Source: Candidatus Aminicenantes bacterium (GTDB lineage Bacteria; Acidobacteriota; Aminicenantia; Aminicenantales; Saccharicenantaceae). Taken from it: a stretch of DNA of 64,000 nt. Below are positions 1 to 9,521 of this stretch, piece by piece. The stretch covers positions 23,884 through 87,883 of the forward strand of contig CAWART010000014.1 in NCBI GenBank assembly GCA_963784525.1. The letters run 5' to 3'. The notes beneath the pieces were generated by a model. That model was not told the origin of the DNA. It did no database searches and saw only the letters and a program-made list of their open reading frames with translations. The first letter of the stretch is position 1, and the number at the start of each line of letters is the position of its first letter. A program made the translations under genes and the position numbers.

Positions 1-1104
1 GAGCTTCGCCCTGTACTTGAGGGCGGGAGGGACGGGGATGTAGAGCAGTTCCCGCACGGACTGGCTGAGGGTGTTCTCGAAGCCTTTGTCGGCGCCCCGG
101 ACGGAGACCGCCCAAAATATGAGGGCGCCCGTCGGGACGAAAAAGACCGCGGCGGAGCCGAGGGCGAGGAGGACGGGAGCCCCGAGGAGGGCGGCGCGCA
201 CGCCGAACCGGCGGAGGACGCGGCCGGTCCCGAGAAGCTGGACGAAATACGAGACGACCAGGAGGCCGGCGTTGAAGGTCGCCAGGAAGGCCGTCCGCGG
301 GTCCTTGTTGATGTAATTCCAGCTGAGGATCGTGCTGAACTGGAAGTCGATGAGGTTGCCGACGACGGCCGCGGTCGCGCAGAGTCCTGCCAGGAGGAGG
401 AGGTACCTGTCCCGGCGGACGAGGCCGAAGCCCTCGAGGAAGCCCAGCTTGCCCCGGTCCTCGAGCCCGGCCCGGGCCTCCTCGGGGGCCGCCCCCTTGA
501 TAAGGCGGCCGGACACGACGAGGGTCAGGACGAGGAGCACCGGGCAGACGAGGAGGAGGTTCTCCGTGCCGATCGTCCGCGCCAGGCGCATGGCCAGAAG
601 GGAGCCCCCGATCCCGCCGAGCAGGCCGCCGCTCACAAAGAAGCCGACGAGCCTCTTGGCCTGGTACGGGTGGAGGACGTCGTTCACACAGATCCAGAAC
701 TGGGTGACGGTGGTGGCGATGAACACGTCCGACCAGAACCAGTAGAGAAGGGAGGTCCCCCGCCAGTTGAGCCTGAATAGGGCCCAGAACAGGACGAGAC
801 TCGCGACGAAGAACAGGGTGGTCATGGCCAGGTAGCGGGGCCTGGGAAGTCGTCTCATGAACCGGAGGTTCAGCGCGACGGCGAAACCGATGAGCGCCGC
901 CGTGAGGAGATAGGCGAACGGCAGGGCGCGCGCCGAGAACGCGATGAAGAACAGGGAGACCTTGACCGGCTTGACGATATAGGCGGGAAAGGTGACGAGG
1001 AAAAAATACAGGAAGAGGAGGAGGGCCGTCCGGGACTCTCCCGGGCGCAGATCGGCGAAACGCGAAAGGAGACGGTGGAGACGATCGCCGGACAAGGGGT
1101 TCAA
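1..1104 (-). CDS. Multi-pass membrane transporter, ATP:ADP antiporter (TLC/Npt1)-like MFS family; C-terminal part lies outside the window
   Basis: Absent from the ORF track because it has no stop in the window. I read minus-strand triplets 1-1104 and found no stop. Translation from TTG(1104) is LNPLSGDRLHRLLSRFADLRPGESRTALLLFLYFFLVTFPAYIVKPVKVSLF...LYWFWSDVFIATTVTQFWICVNDV, with repeated hydrophobic helices. TTGA overlap with the stop of the STAS gene. Family from motif memory; start uncertain (next ATG at 858). Confidence 0.55.
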   Translation of the reverse strand, partial: MNPLSGDRLHRLLSRFADLRPGESRTALLLFLYFFLVTFPAYIVKPVKVSLFFIAFSARALPFAYLLTAALIGFAVALNLRFMRRLPRPRYLAMTTLFFVASLVLFWALFRLNWRGTSLLYWFWSDVFIATTVTQFWICVNDVLHPYQAKRLVGFFVSGGLLGGIGGSLLAMRLARTIGTENLLLVCPVLLVLTLVVSGRLIKGAAPEEARAGLEDRGKLGFLEGFGLVRRDRYLLLLAGLCATAAVVGNLIDFQFSTILSWNYINKDPRTAFLATFNAGLLVVSYFVQLLGTGRVLRRFGVRAALLGAPVLLALGSAAVFFVPTGALIFWAVSVRGADKGFENTLSQSVRELLYIPVPPALKYRAKL

Positions 1105-1448
1105 GACCTGCCGAAGCTCTCGAGAGCGGCCTGTTCGGAGCCGAAGATCTCGAGAACCCTGGTCAGCATGGTCACCTGGAAGATGAGGAGGAGCTTCTTG
1201 GAAACCATGGAGAGCTTGAGCTTCCCGCCCAGGTTCTGGGTCGAGATATAGCTGGCCAGGATCTCTCCGACCCCGAAGCTGTCGATGAAGTCGACCTTTT
1301 CACAGTTCAGGAGGATGTCGGTCCGGCCCGCTTCGAGCCGGGACTTGACGAGCTGGTGCAGCGTCGTCTCCATGGGATCCGAACGCCGGATCTCCCCTTC
1401 GATATCGAAGACGGCGACGTTGCCGATCTCGCGCGTGCCGATGACCAT
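1101..1448 (-). CDS. STAS-domain anti-sigma-factor antagonist (SpoIIAA-like)
   Basis: 115 aa. NCEKVDFIDSFGVGEILASY with the DSxG Ser loop, and size typical of SpoIIAA/RsbV-type STAS proteins. Confidence 0.8.
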   Translation of the reverse strand: MVIGTREIGNVAVFDIEGEIRRSDPMETTLHQLVKSRLEAGRTDILLNCEKVDFIDSFGVGEILASYISTQNLGGKLKLSMVSKKLLLIFQVTMLTRVLEIFGSEQAALESFGRS

Positions 1449-1543
1449 GATCTCCTGCCTTCGCCTTAGTTCTTATCAAAAGCGGCCTCCAAAGTCAATT
1501 TGGACGCGTTCTGAGGTACAATAGCGGCCGAAAGGAGGCACCC

Positions 1544-1735
1544 ATGCCGCTCATCGAGATCCATCTCATCGAAGGCCGTACGGACGAGCAGAAGAAAGCC
1601 CTGCTCACGGCCGTCACCGAAGCCGTCCACACGTCCATCGGGGCCCCGGTCGAGACCATCCGGGTCTGGCTCCAGGAATTCTCGCCGAAGGAGTACATGT
1701 CCGCCGGCATCCTGCACGCCGACCGGAAGAAATAG
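1544..1735 (+). CDS. 4-oxalocrotonate tautomerase family protein
   Basis: 63 aa starting MPLIEIHLIEGRT (catalytic Pro after Met). aggagg RBS just upstream. Length typical of the 4-OT family. Confidence 0.85.
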   Translation: MPLIEIHLIEGRTDEQKKALLTAVTEAVHTSIGAPVETIRVWLQEFSPKEYMSAGILHADRKK

Positions 1736-1806
1736 GGGCCGGCCGGAAATTTACTCCGCCGGCCTTTTGTGTTAGATTTTCGGATATCCCGTTCGGAGGA
1801 GGCCCC

Positions 1807-3057
1807 ATGGCGACAGAAGTCCGTCCGGCGAAACCGGCCCGTCTCGCCTGCCTGGACGCGTTCCGCGGCCTGGATATCCTGGTGATGATCTTCGTGAACT
1901 ACGTCGCGGGGATGCGTCTCTCCCCCGCCTGGCTCCAGCACGTCGGCAGCGACGTCGACGGCTATACCATCACGGACGTCGTCTTCCCCGGGTTCCTGTT
2001 CATCGTCGGCGTTGCCATCCCCCTCGCACTCCACAGGAGGATGATGGCCGGGGAGAGCCCGTGGAAGCTGGCCAAACACATCCTGTCGCGAACGTTCGCC
2101 CTGCTCTTCCTCGGCGTGCTTACGGTCAATGAACACGCCTTCGACGCGGCCGCGACCGGCATGTCCCGGGCGCTGTGGTACTTCCTCGCCTTCGCCGCGG
2201 TCATCGTCTTCTGGAACATCTACCCGAAGACGGAAGACGCCCGGAAGAAGCGCATCTATACGGGCCTGCGGCTCGCAGCCGCGGCGCTCCTCGTCGTCCT
2301 CGTCGTCCTCTTCCGGGCGAGCGCGGAGGGCGGCGGGATCACCCACATCCAGACCTCATGGTGGGGGATCCTCGGCCTCATCGGCTGGTCCTACATGGGC
2401 TGTTCGTTCGTCTACCTCGTCACACGGGGCGACCGGACGGCCCTGATGGGCGCGATGGGCTTCATGATCGCCCTCTATATCGGCGCAAGGCACGGAGCGT
2501 TGGACTTCCTGGGGCCCGCCGTCAACGGCTTCATCAATATCGGCTCCAACTTCGGCACCCACGCGGCCATCGTCACGGCCGGGATGCTTGCGGGAACGCT
2601 GTTCGTTCCGGGCCGCGATATCCCCGAACCCGGGAGGCGCATGAAGTTCATGGCGTATCTCGGGCTGGGCACTCTGATCGCCGGCTACGTCCTGCGACCG
2701 CTCCACGGCATCAACAAGAACCATGCGACGGACGCCTATGCCCTCGTAACCTCGGGCCTGTGCTGTCTCGTCCTTCTGGGAAGCTATTTCCTGATGGACG
2801 TCAAGGGCGTTCGCAAGTGGGCCAACTTCCTCCTGCCGATCGGCGTCAATCCCCTCCTGGCCTATATCATGCCGGACATCGTTCGTTCCCTTTCGGACCT
2901 GATCTCCTCGATCGTTCCCTTCGACGTCGGGAAACTGCTCTGGCCTTTCCGCGAGACCGGCGCGTGGCCGGGGCACATCAATGCGATCGTCATGACGCTG
3001 GTCATCCTCCTTATCGTCAGGGTCCTGACGAAGGCCAAAGTGATCATCAAGCTCTGA
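1807..3057 (+). CDS. DUF5009 / heparan-alpha-glucosaminide N-acetyltransferase-like integral membrane protein
   Basis: 416 aa. N-terminal RLACLDAFRGLDILVMIFVNY motif and roughly ten hydrophobic helices. Confidence 0.7.
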   Translation: MATEVRPAKPARLACLDAFRGLDILVMIFVNYVAGMRLSPAWLQHVGSDVDGYTITDVVFPGFLFIVGVAIPLALHRRMMAGESPWKLAKHILSRTFALLFLGVLTVNEHAFDAAATGMSRALWYFLAFAAVIVFWNIYPKTEDARKKRIYTGLRLAAAALLVVLVVLFRASAEGGGITHIQTSWWGILGLIGWSYMGCSFVYLVTRGDRTALMGAMGFMIALYIGARHGALDFLGPAVNGFINIGSNFGTHAAIVTAGMLAGTLFVPGRDIPEPGRRMKFMAYLGLGTLIAGYVLRPLHGINKNHATDAYALVTSGLCCLVLLGSYFLMDVKGVRKWANFLLPIGVNPLLAYIMPDIVRSLSDLISSIVPFDVGKLLWPFRETGAWPGHINAIVMTLVILLIVRVLTKAKVIIKL

Positions 3058-3062
3058 CCGGA

Positions 3063-4013
3063 ATGCGCCGCGCGCTTCCTCTCGTCTTTCTCGCCGCCGT
3101 CGCCCTGGCGACGTCGGCTTCCTGTCGCAGCGACTCCCCCGCCCCGGCCGGGGACCCGTCCTGGGGACAGAGCCGGGACCTCACGCCGGAACATGTCTTT
3201 ACGGCGGGGATCGAAGGGCCGGCCTTCGACGGCGAGGGCTTCCTTTACGCGGTCAACTTTCGCAGCCAGGGGACCATCGGCCGGATGGCCCCCGACGGAA
3301 CCGCGTCCCTGTTCCTCGTCCTGCCGGAGGGAAGCGTCGGGAACGGGATCCGCTTCGGCCCCTCCGGGGAGATGTACGTCGCCGATCACACCGGGCACAA
3401 CGTGCTCCGGGTGGGGCGCGGATCCTCCGAAGCGGAGGTCTTCGCGCACGTGCCCGGGATGAACCAGCCCAATGACCTGGCCATCGACGACGCCGGCAAC
3501 CTCTATGCCAGCGACCCGGACTGGAAGACCTCGACCGGGAGGCTCTGGAGGATCGACCGGACCGGGACGGCGGTGCTCCTCGAGGACGGGATGGGAACGA
3601 CCAACGGGATCGAGGTGGCGCCGGGCTCGGCGTTCCTTTATGTCAACGAATCCGTCCAGCGAAGGATCTGGCGCTATGATCTCTCCCGGACGGGTGAGGT
3701 GACGAACAAACGGCTTTTCCATACGTTCCCCGACTTCGGGCTCGACGGAATGCGCTGCGACGAACGGGGCAACCTCCACGTCGCCCGGCACGGGAAAGGA
3801 ACTATCGCCATCATCGCGCCGGACGGGACCCTGGCCGCCGAGGTCCGTCTCAAGGGAACGCTCCCGACGAATCTGGCGTTCGGAGGTCCGGACGGCCGGA
3901 CCGTCGCGGTCACCCTGGCCGACCGCGGGGCCCTGGAAAGCTACCGGGCCCCCTATCCGGGCCGGGAATTCCGCTTGTGGCGGGATCCGGCAACGAGGAG
4001 GGACGTCGAATGA
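3063..4013 (+). CDS. SMP-30/gluconolactonase/LRE-family lipoprotein
   Basis: In-frame ATG at 3063 gives MRRALPLVFLAAVALATSASC (lipobox). The body has beta-propeller lactonase patterns (GPAFDGEGFLY, NGIRFGPSGEMYVAD, PNDLAIDDAGNLYASD, GLDGMRCDERGNLHVA, PTNLAFGGPDGRT). The 5' part of track ORF 2175..4013 overlaps the previous gene and is Arg/Pro junk. Confidence 0.85.
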   Translation: MRRALPLVFLAAVALATSASCRSDSPAPAGDPSWGQSRDLTPEHVFTAGIEGPAFDGEGFLYAVNFRSQGTIGRMAPDGTASLFLVLPEGSVGNGIRFGPSGEMYVADHTGHNVLRVGRGSSEAEVFAHVPGMNQPNDLAIDDAGNLYASDPDWKTSTGRLWRIDRTGTAVLLEDGMGTTNGIEVAPGSAFLYVNESVQRRIWRYDLSRTGEVTNKRLFHTFPDFGLDGMRCDERGNLHVARHGKGTIAIIAPDGTLAAEVRLKGTLPTNLAFGGPDGRTVAVTLADRGALESYRAPYPGREFRLWRDPATRRDVE

Positions 4014-5218
4014 GGAAGCGTCGCGCGTTGGGAATGGGCATGCTGCTGACGATGGGGCTCGCGGCCGCGGTGACCGGCTCGGCCCAGTTCCGCGACGATT
4101 TCGACGGGCCGTCCCTGAGGATCGACCCCGAGGGCGCGTCCGGCTGGGGATTCGCGACCGGAGAGGGCCAGGCCGTCATGGACCTGAAGCAGGGGGACGG
4201 CTGCGCCGTCATTGCCGTGGACGCGACCCGGGATCGCCGGAACGTCTGGTGGGCCTACATCGTCCGCCGGGTATCCGACGGCATGGACCTCGGCCTGCTG
4301 CGGAAGCCCGGCCGCGCGCTTCGCATCGAGGCCCGGATCCGTGTCAGCCACGCACCCCGCCGGGTGAACCTCCACCTCAACACTCAGAGGACCACGGATT
4401 TCCACAGCCACCTGATGGAGTTCGATATCCCCGATACGGATAACTGGCACGTCATCAGCATGACCACCCGGGACTTCGACGCCTGTCCTGGGGACGTCGT
4501 CAACGGCCAGATGGCCCTCATGGACTGGGGCCCCGGAAAGTACCGGGTGGACGTGGACTATTTCCGGGTCGATATCGTCGACACGGCGGTCTCCGGCCCC
4601 GACCTGGGGAACGCGGTCCCCTATCACCCGCCGGTCCCGGACCCAGCCTCGTTCGCCCACGCCGTCCCCGCCGCCCAGGACGCCGTGATCGATCGGGACG
4701 ACCCGGACTCGAACCTGAACGACTGGGTCGTCCGCGATGGAAAGGGCGAGGCCCGCATCCTATCGGTTTCCGGGACCCGCTTCGTCATCCTTCGCTGGGA
4801 CCTGTCGGCGTTCGCCGGGAGGAAGGTCGCGCGTCACGGCCTCCTCGAGCTGACCACGCGTTCGGTCGCCCGGACCGCCGATAAGCGGCCCGATTTCGGA
4901 GAGGTGCGGGTCGTCGAGATCCCGGGCGGCGATCCCCGATGGGACCAAAGGACCGTCACTCTGACGAGCTTTCTCCGGGGGGCGCCTCTCACGGAGGCCC
5001 TGAACCCGCAGATGATCATCGATCACCCGCCGGCCGACGGCGACGGCGGCAGGACCTATCTCACGATCTCCAAGTATGTCCTTCAGCGGCTCATCGACGG
5101 GAGGACCCTGGGCATCGCCGTCCGGGCCCTGGGCGCCCTGGACGCCTCCTTTTACGCGTCGGAAGAGGAGGACGGGCGCTATGCCCCGCGCCTGCGCTTC
5201 GATCTCGAGGGACGGTAG
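4010..5218 (+). CDS. Secreted hypothetical protein (possible DNRLRE/carbohydrate-binding-like C-terminal domain)
   Basis: ATGA overlap with the upstream stop. MRKRRALGMGMLLTMGLAAAVTGSAQ signal peptide. The C-terminal segment AQDAVIDRDDPDSNLNDW...LRWDLSAF resembles DNRLRE-type domains, a weak recollection. Confidence 0.6.
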   Translation: MRKRRALGMGMLLTMGLAAAVTGSAQFRDDFDGPSLRIDPEGASGWGFATGEGQAVMDLKQGDGCAVIAVDATRDRRNVWWAYIVRRVSDGMDLGLLRKPGRALRIEARIRVSHAPRRVNLHLNTQRTTDFHSHLMEFDIPDTDNWHVISMTTRDFDACPGDVVNGQMALMDWGPGKYRVDVDYFRVDIVDTAVSGPDLGNAVPYHPPVPDPASFAHAVPAAQDAVIDRDDPDSNLNDWVVRDGKGEARILSVSGTRFVILRWDLSAFAGRKVARHGLLELTTRSVARTADKRPDFGEVRVVEIPGGDPRWDQRTVTLTSFLRGAPLTEALNPQMIIDHPPADGDGGRTYLTISKYVLQRLIDGRTLGIAVRALGALDASFYASEEEDGRYAPRLRFDLEGR

Positions 5219-5251
5219 CGGCCGGATCCGCGGCGTCCCGCCCGGGCGCCG

Positions 5252-6319
5252 TCATCGCGAAAAGACGTAATAGGCCTTTCGTGCCGGCGAAATGCCGTTC
5301 ATGGCCGCGTCGTATTTCCGATGGAGATCACGCTCGATCCCGGGCTCCCTCCGAAAACCGGCCTTCTCGAACCGGCCGGCCCACCACCCCGTTCCCGCGC
5401 AGATGATGTGGCCGTTCTTCGGGTATCCGTATTCGTCCACCGGAACGGACCGGAACCTCCGCCCGGCGGAGGCGTCGTCGTCCCAACTCTCGAGATCGAT
5501 GCCGAAGATCTCGCCGAAGACCGGGTCCGCCCCGAAGGCCGGGACGTTGGCAAAGAGGAAGCCCCCCTCGCGGACGGCCCCGAAGAGCCGCTCCATGTAG
5601 GCATCCAGCCTGTTGGGATTGAGATGTTCAAAAATATCCAGGCCCAGGGCGAGGTCGTATCGGCGCGGAAGGTCCAGGCTCAGCAGGTCGCCGAGCCGGA
5701 TGGCGTCGCGGACTTCGGCCGGGGCTTTGTCCAGCGCCATGCGGCTGATCTCCACCCCCTCCCCGTCGATGCCCAGGTCTCGGAGGCACTTCAGGACGCC
5801 GCCGTTCGAACAGCCGAAATCCAGCACGCTCCGCGCCCCGAGATCCCTCGCGATGTCGGCCATCATCCGCTTGTCCTCGTCGATGAGGAAGCTCCAGACG
5901 CCCGGCCTCTCATAATATCCGTTATCCAGGATCCGGCGTTCGAGCCAGTCGTCGTCGGCCCCCTCGCCCGCCCTGAAGACACGGACCCGGTCCGTTCCTC
6001 CCTTCCGGAGTTCGATATGGTACAGGTCGGGGCGCTCGTCCCTTATGGGCAGGGGATCCAGATAGGCGGCCAGGTTGTCCTTGACGGTCTTATGGATGAA
6101 TTCGGGGGAACCGGCGAAATCGAGGACGAGGTCGGCCCGCGGCCTTCCCTCGCGGAGGGCCCGGAGGTGGCTGGCCGCGCCCTCGGCGTCGGGCTCCCGG
6201 CCCAACATCCTCCGATAAACGGTTTCGAGGAATTCCCGGTCGGAGGTGGCGTCTTCGTCCGGTCCCGGTCCGGGCTCGGTGCCGGACGATCTAGCCCCCC
6301 TCCCCCAATGGATTCCCAT
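5252..6319 (-). CDS. DUF4214-domain protein fused to a class I SAM-dependent methyltransferase
   Basis: N-terminal FLETVYRRMLGREPDAEGAASHLRAL (DUF4214-like). Then VLDFGCSNGGVLKCL (SAM motif I) and GLDIFEHL. Confidence 0.75.
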   Translation of the reverse strand: MGIHWGRGARSSGTEPGPGPDEDATSDREFLETVYRRMLGREPDAEGAASHLRALREGRPRADLVLDFAGSPEFIHKTVKDNLAAYLDPLPIRDERPDLYHIELRKGGTDRVRVFRAGEGADDDWLERRILDNGYYERPGVWSFLIDEDKRMMADIARDLGARSVLDFGCSNGGVLKCLRDLGIDGEGVEISRMALDKAPAEVRDAIRLGDLLSLDLPRRYDLALGLDIFEHLNPNRLDAYMERLFGAVREGGFLFANVPAFGADPVFGEIFGIDLESWDDDASAGRRFRSVPVDEYGYPKNGHIICAGTGWWAGRFEKAGFRREPGIERDLHRKYDAAMNGISPARKAYYVFSR

Positions 6320-6410
6320 GGCCGCTCTTGCTTATTGTCCTTCCGGAGGCCGGCCCTGTCAACAGGGGACGTCCGAAGCGTCGAGGGGGCGGCCCACCCC
6401 TCGGGGACGC

Positions 6411-8366
6411 CTAAAGATAGCCCAGGGTCTTGAGCTCCTTGACGAGGTCGTCTCCCATATCGACCTTCGTGGCCCCCGGTTTCTTCCGCGGCTTGTATCG
6501 GGCACGGAACAGGTTTTGGAACTCGCGGACGAGCTCCGGCTGGCCCGGGGCGATATTCCGGGTCTCCCCGGGGTCGCGGGAGAGGTCGAAGAGCTCGATC
6601 TCGGACAAAGGAGGCGGCGGGCTCGAGAAATGGGTGAGGTCTTCGGGAGAGAAGGGCTCGTTGAGGATGAACTTGAGCGGCGGGCGGATGAGGGCCACCT
6701 TCCTCGGGATATGCGTGCCCAGGACGCCGGCGGACAGATCGCTGATGCCCAGGCGGGGCGTTCCGCCGTCCGAGCCGCCGTCGGCAAGGCGCACCAGGCT
6801 CTTTCCGTCAAGGGCCGCCGGCGGGAGCTTGAACCCGAGCTCCTCGACGATGGTGGGCATCACGTCCACGATGAAGGCCGGGCTCCGGACGGTCCTCCCG
6901 GCGTTCCGGGAACCGAAGAACTTCACGATGAGCGGGACGCGCACGACCTCCTCGTACACGCTGTGGGTATGGAGCCAGGACCTGTGCTCGAAGAATTCCT
7001 CCCCGTGATCGGAGGCGAGGATGATCATGGTCCGGTCGTAGATGCCGAGGGCCTTGAGCTTCGCGACCAGGCGCCCGATCAGGACCTCGTCGGTATAGCG
7101 GATCTCGCCGTCGTAAAGCCCGATGACGTCCTCCCTCATCTCGTCGGATACGGGCTTGAACCGTTCCTGGCGATTGAAAAGGAGCGGCATCATGTCGAGA
7201 TCTCTCACAGGGGCTCCCTCGCGGAGGTAGCGCCGGTTCCCCGGCTCCTCGGATCTGTAGGGATTGTGGATCTGGTAGGTATGGAGGAAGAGGAAGGTAT
7301 CCCGGTCCATGTTCTCTTCGATCCAACGGGAGGCCTTCTCGCCGAGCCGGGCGGCGGCGTCCGGGCTCGCGACCTCGCCCAGGACGCGGAAGCTGTCGAA
7401 GCCCTTGTTGAATCCGTAAAAGCCGCTGACGAAACCCCCTCCGGTGAAGGCCGCGTTGTAGAATCCTTTCGCCTTCAGGAGCTCGGCCAGGGTCGGCGTC
7501 CGAGGGTCGAGGCGGAGCTCGGGAACGAACACGCCGTGGTTGATCGTATCGAGGGCGGTCATCATGGACAGGTGGGACGGCAGGGTCCAGGGGGACGGAG
7601 CGCGGGTCTCCGCGAACAGGACGCCGTCCCGGGCCAGGAGGTCGATGTTCGGACTCGTATCCCTGCCGTATCCGTAACAGCTCAGATGGTCGGACCTCAG
7701 CGTGTCCAGCGAGATGAGGATGACGTGCCGGGCCTCCCGCCGGACCCCATAGACGATCGGGTTGAACCAGAAGGCCAGGGCGCGGTCGTCCCCCTCGGTA
7801 ACCAGGCGGAAGGCGACCTCGCGGCCCGCGAAGCGGGAGAGGTCGATCGTCCTCGCGTTGAACGCGAGCGCCTTGCCGTGCTCGAGGCGGATCGTCTTGC
7901 GGAACAGGATCTCGTCGGTTCCCCCCGCGGAGGCGACCACCGAGAATTCGGCCGTCCGGCCCCCTTCCTTCGCCTTCAGGACCTCCTCGTCGGTGCGGAT
8001 CCCGTAATTGAATTCCATGCGGGCGTCGGGCGGGACCTTCAGGTCGAAGGCGATCGTCGTCGGCGGCGCCGCGGCCAGGGCGTTGACGTCGGAGGGCCCG
8101 AGGTGGAGCTTCATCTTCAGGCCGAACGGATTCTCCCCCGTTCCAAGCTCGTTCAGGCGGAACTTCGTCGCGATCTCGGCCAGGGAGGGATTCTTCGGAT
8201 CGGGATTCTTGAAGGGCGACGCGACGACGTTCTTTTCGCCGATCCGGTCGATGATCCTGAAGACGCCGGCTTCCTCCTTTGCCCGGGAACAGGCGCCGGA
8301 CAGGATCGTCGCCATCAGCACGAGCAGGAGCGGAAGAGCCTTCGATCGCGGTCGCAGAATCATCAT
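6411..8366 (-). CDS. Sulfatase-like (alkaline-phosphatase superfamily) lipoprotein with an N-terminal beta-rich domain
   Basis: 651 aa. Lipobox LSGAC. VILISLDTLRSDHLSCYGYGRDTSPNIDLL metal-binding start of the sulfatase fold. The nucleophile region is TLPSH rather than CxPxR. DHGEEF, HTHSVYEE. Confidence 0.8.
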   Translation of the reverse strand: MMILRPRSKALPLLLVLMATILSGACSRAKEEAGVFRIIDRIGEKNVVASPFKNPDPKNPSLAEIATKFRLNELGTGENPFGLKMKLHLGPSDVNALAAAPPTTIAFDLKVPPDARMEFNYGIRTDEEVLKAKEGGRTAEFSVVASAGGTDEILFRKTIRLEHGKALAFNARTIDLSRFAGREVAFRLVTEGDDRALAFWFNPIVYGVRREARHVILISLDTLRSDHLSCYGYGRDTSPNIDLLARDGVLFAETRAPSPWTLPSHLSMMTALDTINHGVFVPELRLDPRTPTLAELLKAKGFYNAAFTGGGFVSGFYGFNKGFDSFRVLGEVASPDAAARLGEKASRWIEENMDRDTFLFLHTYQIHNPYRSEEPGNRRYLREGAPVRDLDMMPLLFNRQERFKPVSDEMREDVIGLYDGEIRYTDEVLIGRLVAKLKALGIYDRTMIILASDHGEEFFEHRSWLHTHSVYEEVVRVPLIVKFFGSRNAGRTVRSPAFIVDVMPTIVEELGFKLPPAALDGKSLVRLADGGSDGGTPRLGISDLSAGVLGTHIPRKVALIRPPLKFILNEPFSPEDLTHFSSPPPPLSEIELFDLSRDPGETRNIAPGQPELVREFQNLFRARYKPRKKPGATKVDMGDDLVKELKTLGYL

Positions 8367-8436
8367 AAGCCCTTGGAGGCGATAATTTTAAACGAGGCCC
8401 CCGCCGATGTCAAAGCCCGGGGGAAGTCCCGTGCGG

Positions 8437-8898
8437 TCAGAACGTGAGGACCCGCCTTCCCTCCTTGATGTACGCGGTCAGGGGCTTGCCCATGCCCTTG
8501 ACGTCGACGCCCAGCTCCCGGAGCTTCTCCGTGACCCCGTAGCGTTCCGAACAGGCGATACAGGCTTCGAGGACGATCCCCGCCTTCTTCATTTTTTCGA
8601 GCTCGGCCTGGAGCTCCGCGTCCCCGCTCAGGAGCCTGGCCGAAGGCCCCCAGACGATGAACGTGACATCCTCCCACCACCCGGCGAGCTTGGCGTTGAG
8701 GGCGTACATGAAGACCATGTTCATCGCCACGTCCCGGTCTCCGCTCGTCCAGAGCACGACCAGCCTGTCGGCGGGGGCGACGGCGGGCGACGTGCCCGGA
8801 GCGGGCCGGGCGATCTCGCAGGGGACGGAACCGGACGCGACGAGCGCGAAGCCGATCATCAAACATCCGACGATCGCGGGCTTCATAGTTCGAGTCAT
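8437..8898 (-). CDS. DsrE/DsrF-like family protein (secreted)
   Basis: Start moved to the ATG 9 nt after an aaggagg RBS (MTRTMKPAIVGCLMIGFALVA signal). LVVLWTSGDRDVAMNMVFMYALNA and ACIACSERYGV fit the DsrE-like fold pattern. Confidence 0.65.
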   Translation of the reverse strand: MTRTMKPAIVGCLMIGFALVASGSVPCEIARPAPGTSPAVAPADRLVVLWTSGDRDVAMNMVFMYALNAKLAGWWEDVTFIVWGPSARLLSGDAELQAELEKMKKAGIVLEACIACSERYGVTEKLRELGVDVKGMGKPLTAYIKEGRRVLTF

Positions 8899-8990
8899 GG
8901 ATATCATCCTCCTTCATCTCGATCGTATCACAATTCACCTCCTCGGAGGCCATTGCGGCGCTCCGCCGCAACGAAAATATTCCGGGGGAC

Positions 8991-9019
8991 TTGATTTTCC
9001 TTCGGAATCCGCCTATATT
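8991..9019 (+). promoter_or_regulatory. Sigma70-like promoter for the HU gene
   Basis: TTGATT (8991-8996), 17-nt spacer, TATATT (9014-9019), about 65 nt upstream of the HU start. Confidence 0.5.
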
Positions 9020-9082
9020 TCATCGACTGACGGGGGCCCGATGGGGCAACGCCCGTGAAATCCACATTGAGGAGTTAGAACA

Positions 9083-9364
9083 ATGGCAAAAGCGATGACG
9101 AAGAGCGCGATCGTGGCGGGCGTTGCCGAAGCCGCCGAGATCACCAAGAAGCAGGCCGACGCGGCGATCCAGGCCCTCGTGAAGATGGCCTACAAGAACG
9201 CCAAGGTCGGTTTCACCGTCCCCGGGCTCGGCAAGCTCGTCCTGGTCAACCGCAAGGCCCGCATGGGACGCAACCCGGCCACCGGCGCGACCATCAAGAT
9301 CGCCGCCAAGCGCGTCGTGAAGTTCCGCGTCGGCAAGGCCGCCAAGGACGCCATCCTCGGCTGA
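9083..9364 (+). CDS. hup: HU-family nucleoid DNA-binding protein
   Basis: 93 aa. MTKSAIVAGVAEAAEITKKQADAAIQALV...RKARMGRNPATGATIKIAAKRVVKFRVGKAAKDA is the canonical HU/IHF arm. Confidence 0.95.
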   Translation: MAKAMTKSAIVAGVAEAAEITKKQADAAIQALVKMAYKNAKVGFTVPGLGKLVLVNRKARMGRNPATGATIKIAAKRVVKFRVGKAAKDAILG

Positions 9365-9388
9365 TCCAAGCCTTTTCAAAGAGCGCAT

Positions 9389-9421
9389 GGGCCGCGGCCT
9401 TCGGGTCGCGGCCTTTTTTTT
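9389..9421 (+). terminator. Rho-independent terminator after the HU gene
   Basis: GGCCGCGGCC-TTCG-GGTCGCGGCC hairpin followed by a T8 run. Confidence 0.85.
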
Positions 9422-9521
9422 GCCCGACGATCGCTGTCCGGGCCGGGCCCGGATCCTTAACGGCGTCACGAGACTCTGATATACTCGGTTCGCCCTCGAC
9501 GAACGGGACCGCGAAGGAAGG

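Noticed and set aside
2175-3062. Long N-terminal extensions of track ORFs (2175..4013; also 50135..50467, 51747..51950, 59698..59883, 20656..20700, 42391..42483, 18932..19006)
   Set aside because: The extensions overlap upstream genes or promoters and are compositionally junk. Internal ATG starts with RBS, signal peptides or canonical N-termini are better.
6246-8447. 733-aa plus-strand ORF, and similar long antisense ORFs (40143..42092, 40075..41559, 50360..52036, 33435..34964, 61629..63005, 44498..45625, 57733..59106, 21237..22502)
   Set aside because: Each overlaps a gene with clear family motifs on the other strand or frame, and each has Arg/Gly/Pro/Asp-rich junk composition.
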